Assembly (NCBI GenBank): GCA_973895155.1
Contig: OZ316892.1
Location: 11,658,238 to 11,722,237, forward strand
DNA from: Marsupella aquatica
Lineage: Eukaryota; Plantae; Marchantiophyta
Direction of reading: 5' to 3'
DNA length: 64,000 nucleotides
Of this stretch, positions 11,141-24,120 are shown piece by piece. The number at the start of each line of letters is the position of its first letter. Positions within the stretch are counted from its first letter, which is position 1. The position numbers and the translations under genes were made by a program. Under the pieces are notes generated by a model that did no database searches, had not been told where the DNA came from, and worked only from the letters and a program-made list of their open reading frames with translations.

Positions 11141-13368
11141 AAAGCTTCAAAATTACTGATAATGACATTATGCTATAAAGAAATGGTCCTAAATTTTTCA
11201 CAAGACTATGTAAAGGTTTTTTTTTGTTTTATTGGTTTGCCAACCTCTAGAGTGACTATTGGTAATCGTATAAGACCAATCCTTATGGGAAACAGTTATG
11301 GACTGTGTATGAATTTTGTATTCCGTAACTTTTTTGGGTCCATAACCTGTAACTTGGGAATTAAGGCCCATCAATTGTCAGTTATGGGAAAACGTTATGG
11401 ACGATGTATGAATTTTGTAGTCCATAACTTTTCTGGGTCCATAACCCATAACTTGGGAACTAAGGCCCATCAATTGTCAGTTTTGAGACGCCCTATTATT
11501 GTATTTGTAAACTAGCTTGCTTACTCTGTCCTTGAAAGTTAGAGAGATGAAGGAAACAAATATTTATAAATACAAGAAGTGGCAGTTTTGTCAATTTGAA
11601 TAGCTTTAGTGGCAAAGTAAATGAAGTTGTTCTTAAACTTAGATTTTCTGGCATAGATTACAGTGTGATTTTCTCTAGATTTTCTGGCATGATTTTCTGG
11701 CATTGGTAATGTGATAAACATGAATGATCGTGCTTGTTTCACTGCAAATATAGTCATTTGTGCTTTGTGCCAGGAATGGTTGTGGTGTGCAGCGACGCCA
11801 GGAACTTTGCAAAGGACTTGTCATGGTGTCAGGTATTAGTAGAAATAAACATCTCTTAGTTCTTCAAGTGTTTTTAAGATCCTGGTACCATGGCGCATTA
11901 TGGGCAATAATAGGCCCTCTAATCTCAAGTTGAAGCTCTTGTTTTAAGGGCCATTATAGCATAGTTACAATGTCATGTAAACAAGATTTTAGTATGTACT
12001 TCTTGCCCTTCATGATTTTTGTCTTTGTAATTTCCGGTGCTTTTGTGTAGAAGAATGTATAGTCTAGATTTGGGTCCTTGCATCATGAAACTTGTCCTCT
12101 ACTTTTATTGAATGTCATTATAATCAAACTCAACTCTTTAGTGTTTAGGTTCTAGAGTGAATCCTCTAGATAGTGACAGGTGTTTAAGAAAACTGGCAAC
12201 ACATTACACAAGACACCAGCAAGCACACATTACATCGACACCATAGATACATGGTTACATCTTCATCAAGGCTACGTCCACGGAAGCACAAGACCTTTAC
12301 TAAGCTTTGGCCACCATACCCAAACCAAGCCTCCAAGTACAAGCTCCTATCTTGCTCACCTAGCTCCTACCTTCCTCTCTTACAAATGTGCATTAGTCTC
12401 ACCAAGGAACACTAGAAGAAACCGAGCCTTGTTGAGACCGGAAATTGTGACTATTTTTAGTCCTTGTGACACCAATGTGACTTCCTCAACCGTGACCCTG
12501 GTTGAGACCGCACAAGTTATCTAAATGGTGACTAAAATATGGAAAGTCACTAATACTACTGTACATCGTGACATGGATGATACCCAAACTGTGACTAGGT
12601 GCTGACTAAAATAGAGCATAAAACCACACATCTAATGTGACTACACTGTGACTACCATCAGTCATGCCTCTCTTACTACCATGACCTCCGACGAACTGAG
12701 ATTACTGGTATTTGCGACTAAGTTGTGACTATGTGTAGTCATTTTAGAAGTATCAGTTTTAACATCTCCAAGTTGTCAACACATCCTTTGGATCTGGTGT
12801 TAGTAGTGTTTATAACTAAGATCGTTGAAGGAAACTACATGGCCTAGTAATGAACATGACTTATAAGGCGATTGTTGAGGACTTATGGGTCTTGTGTTAG
12901 TATTTGTGGTATAATTGTGAGATGCACTCTTGTCTATGACTATTTTATTCTAGTCATAGTTTTCAAAGTATCGTGCATTCATGACAATTGCACGAGTATA
13001 ATGAAACATAAGGTGCATTCAACACATTCAAAGGCATGATACGGAATGAGTTGAACACATTTTCAAAATGAAGCATTCATTGCAACAGAATTTATCCAAA
13101 TTATAGTTCACAATGATACAAGACTAATGCAATCAATTCATGATCTTGCAAAATGTCTGTGCATCTGCAATACACCAATACAAGAGCTCTAGACAGACAA
13201 GAGCTCTAGACAGACAGCTGCTTCTAACCTACATACCTAGTCATTTGGGAGAACTCAAACCAAAATATTCATATTAACTAATATCATGTCAAAGGTAAGG
13301 GTTCTTATGTTTTCTACATACAGAAAGCATGAAACTAAAACTACAAACACATGGCTGTATGCATGACT

Positions 13369-16300
13369 TTACTGTTCATCCTCTATAAACTTGCTTGGCC
13401 ACAGTATTGTAGAACCTACTGCATCAAGAAGAACTCTTTGAGGAGGATCATCATTGGTGTTGGGAAAAGGGAGAGCAGCCTTTGGAACCACAAGTAAGTC
13501 TATTAACACTACAGAATAACCAGGTGGAACTTTTCTCCCATGGAAAGTTGTGGAACCTGCTTGCACCTTGCCAAATCCTACACATGTCCCACTATCATCA
13601 ATAGCCAACAACTTAGAATGCCCCTATGCATTTGGTGCCTTCACTGTTTCCACCTTAGATTTCTCCTTCACCACTGACCTTGGAGGTTTGTAGGTTGCCC
13701 TTGTTGTGACTTTGCTTCCAGTAGACTTGCTTCTGGTGCGCATGCTCCCTTTCTTTGAATTCACAATAGTCAAGTCTGTCTCCAGGGGCACTTCACATGG
13801 GATGGCCACAGAAGTAGACTCCTTCCTAGGGATGGCCATAGGAGCAGACATCTCTGTTGGCATGGGCACACTAGCAGACCCACCTGTTGTTGTCAATTCA
13901 GGTAATTTTGGAATGGGACCAAGATCAGGGTCCACATTCCATAAACATTCTTCCATATAGGATGTATCTGGCTCAACATTATCATTGTCAGGGAAAGTAT
14001 ATTGTTCCTCTACCCCAACATTTGAATTCATATCACCTTCAACAATGTCAACCTTGAGCAAAAATGGTTCATCATTGCCCTCTGCCAAATCCCGGTTATC
14101 AACAGGCTGCAACTTGGTTGCCTCTAAGTTGCATCGACTCTTCTTCAAGTGAGCAAATTTGCTTTGCTCAACATCTGCTTCTCTCTCTATGGGACACCAC
14201 AACAATATATGTCACATTAACAATGTCAAATACCAAGTCATCATAACCATTCTAATGAGTCATAACCTAGATTTCTAGCATCATATCCAACAAATATATA
14301 TAAAGTCTTACCTTGAACTGCAGATACCACTGGAATGCCAGAAGAGTGCATAGACTTTGCCACCTCAAGCGGTGATGGTGGAACTCCTCCAGAGCTGCTT
14401 TCAATCTTACTTCTCACCGACACTATGACTTCCATTAATGATGCAAACTTACCATGGAACAACTTAGTCAGCTGACTCAATCGATCATTCACCTCTGGCA
14501 GACATGTCTCCACAAACTTCAAACGCTCATTGATCTGTGTCAATGAAGATCCACCTCCCTACATAATAACAGAAAAACAATGAGTCACTCACAATCCACA
14601 GTTGGGTAAGGATATAATTCCATGTATGTGTGGCCTATACTCTTCCCTTGAAGGTCATTCAACTTGGAACCCTAAAATATGTACTTACAGCCTTTGATGA
14701 CTCAGATGCCTCACACTTGTTATTCAATATCTCAGCCCTCAACTCTTCTTTTGAAGGGCTTTGCCCCAACTGGGCTTTCTGCACATCAAGAACTCTTAAC
14801 ATCAGATCCCTTGCAATTTAGAATTACTTCAACAACAAACTCAATAGTACTTATAATCATCAGTAAATGAATATACTATCATTCCCGGTTCTTACCAAGC
14901 GTTTTGTTGTGGGGGCTATGCCGGTTCTTCCTGTCAGGTTAGGGTTCTGAACACTCAATCGTGCATCAGTCATCTGTGCACTCTTCTTTTTGGAAGCATC
15001 GGTCACAAAATAGTCTACCAACCTTTTCCACACTTTATCATCACAGCTTGCTGGTGGTGGCATATCTGGCTTCTCCCCACCTTCTTTCCATGCCTTGTGC
15101 ATCCTCCATCTCTCCTGTTTAATAATCTTGCTTGCTGTACTTTCCAAGCATGCAATGTCCACTCCATCATCACTGCCCACATAATTCCATCGAGCAGCAA
15201 TATTTTGACAAACCGTCTTCCAATCTTGGGCATGTTGTTTTTTAAAATTAATAATACTCACATCCAACCAACGTAGAACTTCAGCTTTCAAATCAGCATG
15301 CCATCGATTCTTGCGAGGACACTCAGCATCCACCCATTGTCTGTCATTCAATTTTACTGTCCCTTTCTTTGTTACTTCCCCCTGTGCACTGCTCTTTGTA
15401 GTACTGGGGGGTGTAATGAGCACCCCTCGATTCACCCTACTTGGAGTTCTGAAGTCACCTTCACAAAGCCATTCCCATTGCCAAACATTCATGTATCAAA
15501 CAGATGCAATTACAAGCTTGTACCTAGGTGGCAATCATTCATCATAAAACATAGTTACATGCAATCTGCACAAACAAGTTTTAATTCCAGGGGACCACAA
15601 AAGATAAAACATACATATACCTGCACCTCCACCTGTAGGCATCTGTACAGGGACAAAATTCTGATATTGTTGTGACTGTTCGCCACCTGCCCAACCTAGT
15701 ACATGCTTCTTTTCTAGTCATTATGTACCCACTTTATAGCATGGATTGACAACATCAACATTCTTCATGACTTAGTAAATTGGTAAACCTGCTATCCACT
15801 TTCAAATTTACCTGACCCCCTTCCATGCTGCATCTGCATAGGGGCGTTAGTGAATACTTTGATCCTTCACCCGCCCAACCTGCACACACATTTGCCATCA
15901 TTCCTTAAACATGAACCTTGAAAAGCCCATTTGATTGGACTATAAAAAAGTGACTTACCCTCCAATGCAAACAAGTGGAGACTTTACCTATTCCTCTTCC
16001 TGCATTCATAGGGGCTGACATATTCTGATACCCCTGCCAATTACCAACACCACCTTCCCAGCCTTGTTCATTCCAAGTCCCATCAGCATCCTCCCAACCT
16101 GGTTCCACCCAAGTTTGTCCTGGCGGACATTGGTACTCCTCATTAGGAGCATTTGCCCAATCAGGTTGAGCAGAATCTACATGCAATTCAAGCGAGGACA
16201 CAATGTAATCTTCTCTCAATCCAACCGTAACATAAATTGCATTCATTGCAAGACCTCACAGTCCTTCACAAATTTTCCACACTACTAATTAGCAAAGGAT

Positions 16301-17060
16301 TGGCATATAAATTAATTGAAATACTCACATCCCCATGCTTGAGGTGGACAGCCATACCCACGAGACTGTGAGTTTTGACCTGATCTACCTCTGCTGTGGC
16401 CAAAACCTGAACTCTGTCCCCTCCCGTAGTATTGGGCACCAATCTGGGATCTACCTCTATTACCACCTTGCCAACCACGGCCAGGGTTCATCCCACCTTG
16501 GTATGGTGGATGCACAGGTTGAGTAGGCAAAGCAGAAGGTACGGGACGTGGAGGGATAGGTTGAGTAGGCAAAGCAGAAGGCACGGGACGTGGAGGGACA
16601 GGTTGAGTAGGCAAAGTAGAAGGCACCGAACGTGGAGGCATAGGTTGAGTAAGCAAAGCAGAACTCACGAGACCCTGCATGACATACATCACCAAATATA
16701 ATTTGAGAAAACATTATGGTCATAGCTAGTGAACGCATGAGACCTAAGTTGTACTCAGCACTTGAACCCAATACCATCATTAGAAAACTACATACTTGCT
16801 TCTTCTTTGGTGGCTCCGCAATGTATTCATCTTCATATCCACCATCCTTATCCATTTCCTCTGGAAAATACTCATCGTCTGGATTGTTTTGTCTCCCCTC
16901 GTCACCCACTTGTGTAGGATCTATCTCATCTGCACATTCTGCCATTGTAGGTATTACCTTGTTGCTCAACCTTTCACTTCGACGCACAGGTCCAGTGGTA
17001 CTGCTAGTCACCCTCCTTTGACACTCCTTTTGTTGCTTTGAAAGGTCTGTGCATCTGCAA
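13369..17060 (-). pseudogene. CACTA-1 TnpA-like (ORF2), multi-exon, with premature stop
   Basis: Ptta/En/Spm Transposase_24-like segment WKRLVDYF...KKSAQMTDARLSVQNPNLTGRTG, and C-terminal FHGRKVPPGYSVVLID...LPFP...DAVGSTILWP (TNP1-type). In-frame TAG at 13624. The 5' boundary is approximate. Confidence 0.75.
16515..16660. repeat. 42-bp coding tandem repeat (~3.5 copies) inside TnpA-like gene
   Basis: aggttgagtaggcaaagcagaagg.ac.g.acgtggagg repeated; encodes PPRPVPSALPTQP. Confidence 0.9.
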
Positions 17061-17412
17061 CACACCAATACAAGAATCAAATCACAATTTTAGTGCCACA
17101 ATCAAATGTTCAGGTCACACCCAACTTAACATCAAGTTTTGGCAGAAAATTGTTCCCTTACAATTCAGCCACATCCATTTTCAAGGAGGCTTCCAGTCCG
17201 GCTATTCTGGCATTCACGTATGCTCGACGTTCCATGGCTTGCCTTTCATACTCACACATATGTGTGTCACTCTGTTCCATCCTATTGGATCACAAGCACA
17301 TGTCATCTATGGTCACCTTGAAACACAATCCAATTACTTGACCATGCATCTGCTCCTTGACAATTAATTTATTACAAAATCTATTTGTGTCCATGCAAAC
17401 AATGCAGGTTAC

Positions 17413-20400
17413 TCAAGGCACAGGTTCACTATCAGCATCTGGATCATTAAGTTGATCCCCTTCAGCAAATGCCTCTACCCTTGTCACAGGAATGAACTCC
17501 CTGCTATCATTCAGAACAGACACTTGGTGTGCACGTCGACGATCAAAGGCACTATGAGAATGTAAATGGAACTCAAGTTTAGATCCTTCCATCCGACGTT
17601 GCCTAGCCTATTTGTGACAGACTACACGCCAACCTGGGGAGTCTTCCACATCCAGGAAGAAAGCTTGCTCCACCTGACTGGGAAAGACAAATGGCTCAGA
17701 CCATTCAGGCAATTTCCCTCTAAAATTGGCAAGCAAGAATCCATCACTGTCTCTCTTCATGGTAGCCCTATTACTGTCCCAATCCTGTCGAACCCATGAA
17801 CCTTTCATAACAATGACAGGGCTGGACATGGCCCCATAATCTAGAGCCCATATGTCAATTAGTTCACCCACATATCCCATCTCCATCCAGGCCCTATCAT
17901 GGTCATGGCTCTGCTGTTGAAATACAGTAATGAGCCCGCAGTCATTTGTCACCCTGTACGCACTCTCATCATCCTTCACTCGAAAGTGATTCCCATATGC
18001 TCTCATCCGTTTGTAACTCTTCACTCTCAGACTAAGGGCATTGGATAGGAGGTAAAGGTCTGCATCCATGTCTGGATGGGTTGTATGATGCTCCCTAATC
18101 GCTAGCCGGATCCACTCTGCCAAACTTGGAAAGGCTGGACCAACAGTGGGATGGGCAGCCTTCAATGACTCGTACTCCCTGAAGAAACAATCTCACAACA
18201 TTAGCTTGGCAATCCATTGAAATGTTGGGAGTTAATCACATGCAGACAATGATATGTTATGAAGGAGGTTGTTAGTAGGACATGATGGTACTCACTGTAT
18301 CCAAGGTTCCATGAGCACAGTGTTGTGCAATACAAAGACATGTGCCAAGTCTCTCATAGCTATTGTCAAATTCTTTGTTGTTGCAGCCCCTTCCAATACT
18401 TCCCCTATGACCCCTTCCTCCTCATCAGAATTCCAGACCCTGGTATTCACATGCTCATACTGTGCTATGTATTCGGTCAGAAATCCTAGGGTTTCATCCT
18501 TGATGTAACCTTTAGCCATGCTTGCTTCTGGCTTGTAATATGTTCTAACGTGACCTTTCAGTAACTTCATGTACCGCTCCAAAGGGTACAGCCAACGAGC
18601 ACTAACAGGCCCAAACTGGTGTAGCTCTTCCACAACATGGACAAGTAGGTGAGTCATAACATCAAAAAAAGCTGGGGGGAAATAAATCTCCAAGTCACAC
18701 AACACCTGAGCAACATCCTCTGTGAGCTGTGGGAACTGGGCTTCATCCCAAACCTTCACACAAATACGGCGAAACACATCACTCAATCGCATGATGACAT
18801 TACGAACAGGCTTCTGCAAGAGACCCCTCAAGCATAAAGGCAACACCTGTTGCATCAACAGGTGATAATCATGGCTTTTCATACTGCCAAGCTTCCTACT
18901 CATAATGTGCTTCTTGAAAGCACTCCCATAGTTTGAAGGAACTTTCAAAGAACCCAACCTTTAGACAAATAGGTTCCACTCATCATCTGTCAGAACATAA
19001 GGCGCTTGGTACTTTAACAATACATCAGCTTTGGTAGCATGTGGCCTCAACCACAGATGGGGTTTGATACCCCTCCGTTCAAGATCCAATCTTACAGCAC
19101 CAGTGTCTTTCTCTCCACACAAAAATCGCAGAAGACTCTCACAAACATTCTTCTCAATGTGCATCACATCAATGTTATGTTTGCTTGGCTCAAACTTCTG
19201 CACAATTGCAATATATATAAAGTGAGTATGCAAATGCATTTAGTTGAGTCTAGTCAAAATTCATGCACATCATATGAAGCATTCCAAAGCAGCAATCATT
19301 TTCAAGGAGCAGAGAGCCTCAGAGGCTTACCCTCCAATACTCCAGTTCCAAGTCCAATATGCTCTGTCTTTTCACACCATATCATTTTCCTGGATCACCC
19401 ACTGCATCTGGCCTGCCTCCTCGTTTGATGTAGTCATCCTTGAGTGCTCCCCACTACTTGATCTCTTCTTTGGTCACCCGCTCTGGGGGTCCGCGATCCT
19501 CAATGGTGTGGTCAAAGTGTGCAATGAGTGCCCGCATTCGTCTGTAAGGGTGATTTGGCCTCAAAAAACGACGATGGCCCATGTATATCACTTTCCCCAA
19601 AACTCTAGAGTGCTCACTGGTGACATTGGGCCCACAAATAGTACATCCCCGATACCCTTTTGTTACTTGTCTTGATATCATACCATGGGCTGGGTAGTCA
19701 GCTATAGTCAAAATGATGATTGCTCTAAGTATGAACGGGTTCAGCCTCCCAAGCCTCTGCAGCACATCATATGTGAGAACTCCTTCATCCCATAGCTTCT
19801 TCAATTCTTCCACAAGGGGAGCCAGGTACATGTCTATGTTGGCAGACACAGTAGAGTCTGGCCTTGGTAGCAGCAGAACTAGGAGGAACAAAAAATCTCT
19901 TTGTAGTCATCCAAGGAGGAAGGTTGTAATTCAAAATAGTTACAGGCCAGCATGAGAACTTATTGTTCTTGTCTCCAAATGGGTTTACCCCATCCAATGA
20001 CAACCCAAGCCTCACATTCCTTGGCTTTGCTGCAAATTCTGGAAACATCTCATCTATGAGTTTCCACTGTCTTGAATTGGCAGCATGTCGTTGCAGCCCA
20101 TCCGAGCTTTTTTTTGAAGCTACCCAAGTCATCATCTTTGAGATAGCAGGGCTTCTAAACATCCGTTGAAGCCTAGGAATGAGTGGAAAATGACGAAGTA
20201 CCTTTGCTGGAACTAAAGACTTCCCTGCGTTTCGATACCTGTGCTTCCCACACACAGTGCATCTCAAGAGATCCTTATACTGATTTCTGAAGAGAATATG
20301 CCCATCAAGACAAGCATGGATGGAATCATAGTTCAATCCAAGATTAGATATGCATCTTTTAGCCTCATACATGCTTTTTGGCAAAAGATTATCAGGCGGT

Positions 20401-21153
20401 AGCACAGTCAGTCGTAGGAAGGCCAACAACTCAGAAACAAAAATGTTGGGGACATTGTGGTTGCCGCAAATGTTCAGGAACATGATGACAAATGCTAGTT
20501 TGGAACACTTGCTACTGGGATAAAGGGGGTGCCTGCATTCCTGAATTTGCACAGGAGAGCCAAACATCCAATCATGCCCAGGGGTTTCTTGCCCTATCTC
20601 AAACTCATCTAGAGGATTGTCAACTAGGCACACTTGCATCAGCATCAGTGTTGTCTTCATTGTCCAACCCATCATGAAATGCATCCAAGTTCTGAAAGAT
20701 GTCTCGCACCATCTGTTCCACATGAATGTCTTCGTCACGTGGCTCTGCCCGACGAATGTCCTGTTGGTGGTCAGTGATCCCACATAGACCAGCAACAGCA
20801 TTGTCCAAATCACCTGGCAGATCCACCTCCGACCGTCGCACAACATTGGCAGCCTGAAAATCTGCCCTCCACTCCTCATCAGAAGTATCTTCCTCCGCTG
20901 GATCATTCCAAACTCGATGTCGTGGATCTCGCCCATTCACCACAATATGCCGCCAAACCTCACTGAGGACCCTGCTACGAGTCCCTTGGCAGATTGCACA
21001 AGGACATCTCATCCTACTGGCTCCTGCAAGTCTATTTCTTAATGTTTCACGCTGCCAAAGCTTATTGTCATGGCGTGCAACTCTTATGGGATGATGTAAA
21101 GGCAATGGCTGTGCATTGCGTTGGGTCTGGGGAGGGTGGTGACGAGGGTGCAT
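17413..21153 (-). pseudogene. CACTA-1 TnpD transposase (Transposase_21/DUF4218/DUF4216-type architecture), disrupted
   Basis: CPC..C, IHAC..GHILF, LRHFPLIPRLQRMF, NVRLGLSLDGVNPFG, YNLPPW, ADYPA, DVMHIEKN, KSHDYH, FFDVMTHLLVH, WLYPLERY, EPFVFPSQVEQAF. Frameshifts at about 20625 and 19890; in-frame stops at 19454, 19382, 18961 and 17608. Confidence 0.93.
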
Positions 21154-21616
21154 TGTAATAGACTGCAAACTCTGCAATGATGAACAGTGGGTGAAAAGGG
21201 TAACAAAGTAGCCTACTAATGGTCAAAAGAAGAAGAAGTTGTTGTCATGTGAATTGGTCATGTACCTGAGTTGAAGTTGTCAACAATACAAATAGCAAAG
21301 GATGTTTGCCCAGCTCTGTAAACACCCCGTTCAGTACAAACTGTCTCCGTAGGGGCCTTGCAACACTGTATGTAGACATGAGGACAAAGCCACATCCCTG
21401 GTTAAGGAAAAGCCAACACGACACACAACACAGAACAGAATTTGAACAGAATTTGAATAGCATCCAAAGCAAAGAGATGATTTGATTGTGGAATGACATG
21501 ATGAGAGGACAATGAATGTTTTTATTACAGATGGAATTTGAAGGAAACAAGTTCACCACTCAACAAGTATTCATTGTCTAAATGACTGACACTGTCATGG
21601 CTCTTCATCAGATAAA

Positions 21617-22531
21617 CTAATCACTGTATTCGCCAGTGTCAAAAGAGTATTCGTCCTCATCACTCATGGTTTCCCACTCTGTGGTTGTGTCCCTGAGTAC
21701 ATCATTAACTAATGGTTCATCACCTCCATCCCAACTCTTACGTCTTTTGTACTTAGGCTTCTGAGGCCACACCTCATTCAGATCAAAGGTTGCTTCATCA
21801 AGTACAATGCCTCTATCTAGTGACTCTTTCATCCAAGCAGGTGAAACCACTTGCAGGCCCCTACTAACCATCATCCGAACTAAAGTCTTTCCAACCATAT
21901 GACAAAGTCTGGAATAGGATAGGGTGACCACATGAGTGGTAGAATCTATGAGGCATTCATGCACCTCACCCTGCCTGTGCAGAATTTTGTGCTTGAAACG
22001 TCTCAACCTTCCCGGTGGAATCCCAACACCCACAAACATGACCTTAACCCCCCTAAACATGACCCGCACATGGGGGTTTATGACAGGCATAGGATGCTCT
22101 AAGAGCTCTTGCCTAGTTCCCTGTGAAGCATCATCATATTGTGCTTTGAACTGCAAAATGTCTTTGGTGGCCCGTTTGTTCAACCATATATCATACTCTG
22201 TTGGGTCCTGAAGGGTGCTATATTCTAGACAGTCATACATCCAAGAGACATCAACAACCTTAAGACCATAGGACTCTCTGTAAAAGTTGATGGTGCTCCA
22301 AAACCACTTCTGCATCACATCACACCAATCATCAGCGATGACGTGTGTGGTGTCTCTACTGATTTGTTTCAACACTATCCCTCCATTCTCAACCAATTGT
22401 CTTTTCATGAACTCCCATCTATTCGTGTCCTCCCCCCTAGTATGAGTGACAAAAATTGCTCTAACTCCAGCAAACAGTGTAGGAGGAAGGTCTGAGGCAA
22501 GCCTCTTCAGTGTCCTACTGGAGGTAGCCAT
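21617..22531 (-). CDS. transposon-borne tandem BRCT-domain protein (304 aa)
   Basis: Two BRCT repeats: LFAGV...KRQLVENGG.V...TTHVI...VVDVSWMYDCL and MFRGV...KHKILHRQG.V...TTHVV...VVSPAWMKESL. Basic KPKYKRRK stretch and acidic tail. Intact intronless ORF inside the TIRs. Confidence 0.85.
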   Translation of the reverse strand: MATSSRTLKRLASDLPPTLFAGVRAIFVTHTRGEDTNRWEFMKRQLVENGGIVLKQISRDTTHVIADDWCDVMQKWFWSTINFYRESYGLKVVDVSWMYDCLEYSTLQDPTEYDIWLNKRATKDILQFKAQYDDASQGTRQELLEHPMPVINPHVRVMFRGVKVMFVGVGIPPGRLRRFKHKILHRQGEVHECLIDSTTHVVTLSYSRLCHMVGKTLVRMMVSRGLQVVSPAWMKESLDRGIVLDEATFDLNEVWPQKPKYKRRKSWDGGDEPLVNDVLRDTTTEWETMSDEDEYSFDTGEYSD

Positions 22532-22845
22532 GTGCAGTGCAGCCTTTTGACAGTGTGAAGGAAAAAGTGGACACCCCTGATATCACCTGCAGATCCATGA
22601 GAATGCCTAAATATGCAATTCATACAAGGATTGCAACAGCAACAGAACAAACTTGGGTATTGCCACATTCACATTCACCATGACATCCATAAACATGCAT
22701 GATATTCGTGTACACAGTGGGAATAACCATAATACAATAGGCAAGTTTGGAGTCCTGACTAGTTTAAAATGTGCAGGTATCCTGCCTAAGACAAAACTTG
22801 GCTAACCCCTAAAATGAACGCATGGTAAATATAAACTCCACCACA

Positions 22846-23520
22846 TCAAAGCCAGGAGATATGATCATGGGCAGGTGTGCCAAGTACAGGGTCAATGGGA
22901 TGCCTCGGGCAGTAAATCATCCACCGCTGCTGTCCATGCACAGTGTGCAGCCAAGGTTCTCTGTCTGGTGCAAAACCATGACGTTGACTCTCTCTTAAGC
23001 AACCCTCATGCCAGGTGGTGGGACATCTCAAGCATTGAATTGCCTTTGCCATATGAGGGTCTTTGTGATCTTGCTTGCATGCTGTACATGCATGCATGGG
23101 GCAAGACTCCACATCAAGCGGCAAGCACTCATGACAATAAAAATGAACACAATATGGCTGAGGGCACTGTCTGACCGCTGGAGAGACCACGCCACACTTG
23201 AAACACTTGTGTATCTTATTCTTGCAATCTACACAAAACCAGGGTTCACCATCCTTGCCTGGTGCAATAACCACTGCAGGACACTTGCCTACAGTGTCAC
23301 CAATTCTACAGACATAGTGAAAATGACGATGGCAAGACCCATCACACATGGCCAGATCTCCATGAAAATCACATATCACACACAGCTGGGGACTACACTG
23401 ACGCTTCTCAATGTCTGACCAGCGTTCAATCTTCAAGCTATGTGGCTCAATTGCCTCATTATGTTTCCGCTTTTTTGTTTCAGTGGCATTTTTTACGGCT
23501 TTCCTCTTCTCCCTAGCCAT
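22846..23520 (-). CDS. transposon-borne composite PHD-finger protein, EDM2/NSD-type (224 aa from ATG at 23520)
   Basis: N-terminal basic NLS-like stretch, then CVICDFHGDLAMCDGSCHRHFH...WFCVDCKNKIHKCFKC...C...C.HFY...CPMHACTAC...QCLRCPTTWHEGCL...MIYCPRHPIDPVLGTPAHDHI. Intact ORF inside the TIRs. Confidence 0.85.
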   Translation of the reverse strand: MAREKRKAVKNATETKKRKHNEAIEPHSLKIERWSDIEKRQCSPQLCVICDFHGDLAMCDGSCHRHFHYVCRIGDTVGKCPAVVIAPGKDGEPWFCVDCKNKIHKCFKCGVVSPAVRQCPQPYCVHFYCHECLPLDVESCPMHACTACKQDHKDPHMAKAIQCLRCPTTWHEGCLRESQRHGFAPDREPWLHTVHGQQRWMIYCPRHPIDPVLGTPAHDHISWL

Positions 23521-23939
23521 TACCAAGACTGAACATTAAACAGACAAATGTACAAAGTTATTACTATTGCATATAGTGAACGACCCCCTTCAAATGACAA
23601 AACAAACTACACATGGGCAGTTCCCCTGAAGAAGCATCATTTGATAACATTGTCACCCAGACCACAACCAGTTTATTAACTCAATGTCTTGAGCCTCAAT
23701 GTCTTGAGCCTCAATGTCCAATCCTCAGCCTGAATTCTGCCGTGTTTGTTCTGAAAACTTCTGTGATCAAATGCTTTTTCAAGATTGTCAATAGCAAAGA
23801 TATCTGCATCACACAAGAAAATTAGTTAGACAGTGTGAATGCAAATTTCAAAACACTTAACAAAATTCAAACCACCATTTCAATTCAAACCAATTGGCCA
23901 TGCATGTTACTACAACAATAAACAAATAATTAGGCTCAA

Positions 23940-24120
23940 CAGACAGGAGTTCAGAACTTGCCATTTGAGATTGACAATCTGAACTTCAGATTCAGACAGA
24001 ACTTGCCATTTGAGATTGACAATCTGAGCTTCAGATTCAGACAGGACTTCATCCAATTCAGGAGTTCAGACAGGAGTTCATCCAGTTCAGGAGTTCAGAC
24101 AGGAGTTCAGACAATCTGAA
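23940..24120. repeat. short tandem duplications inside CACTA-1
   Basis: cagaacttgccatttgagattgacaatctga.cttcagattcaga x2; caggagttcagacagga repeats. Confidence 0.8.
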
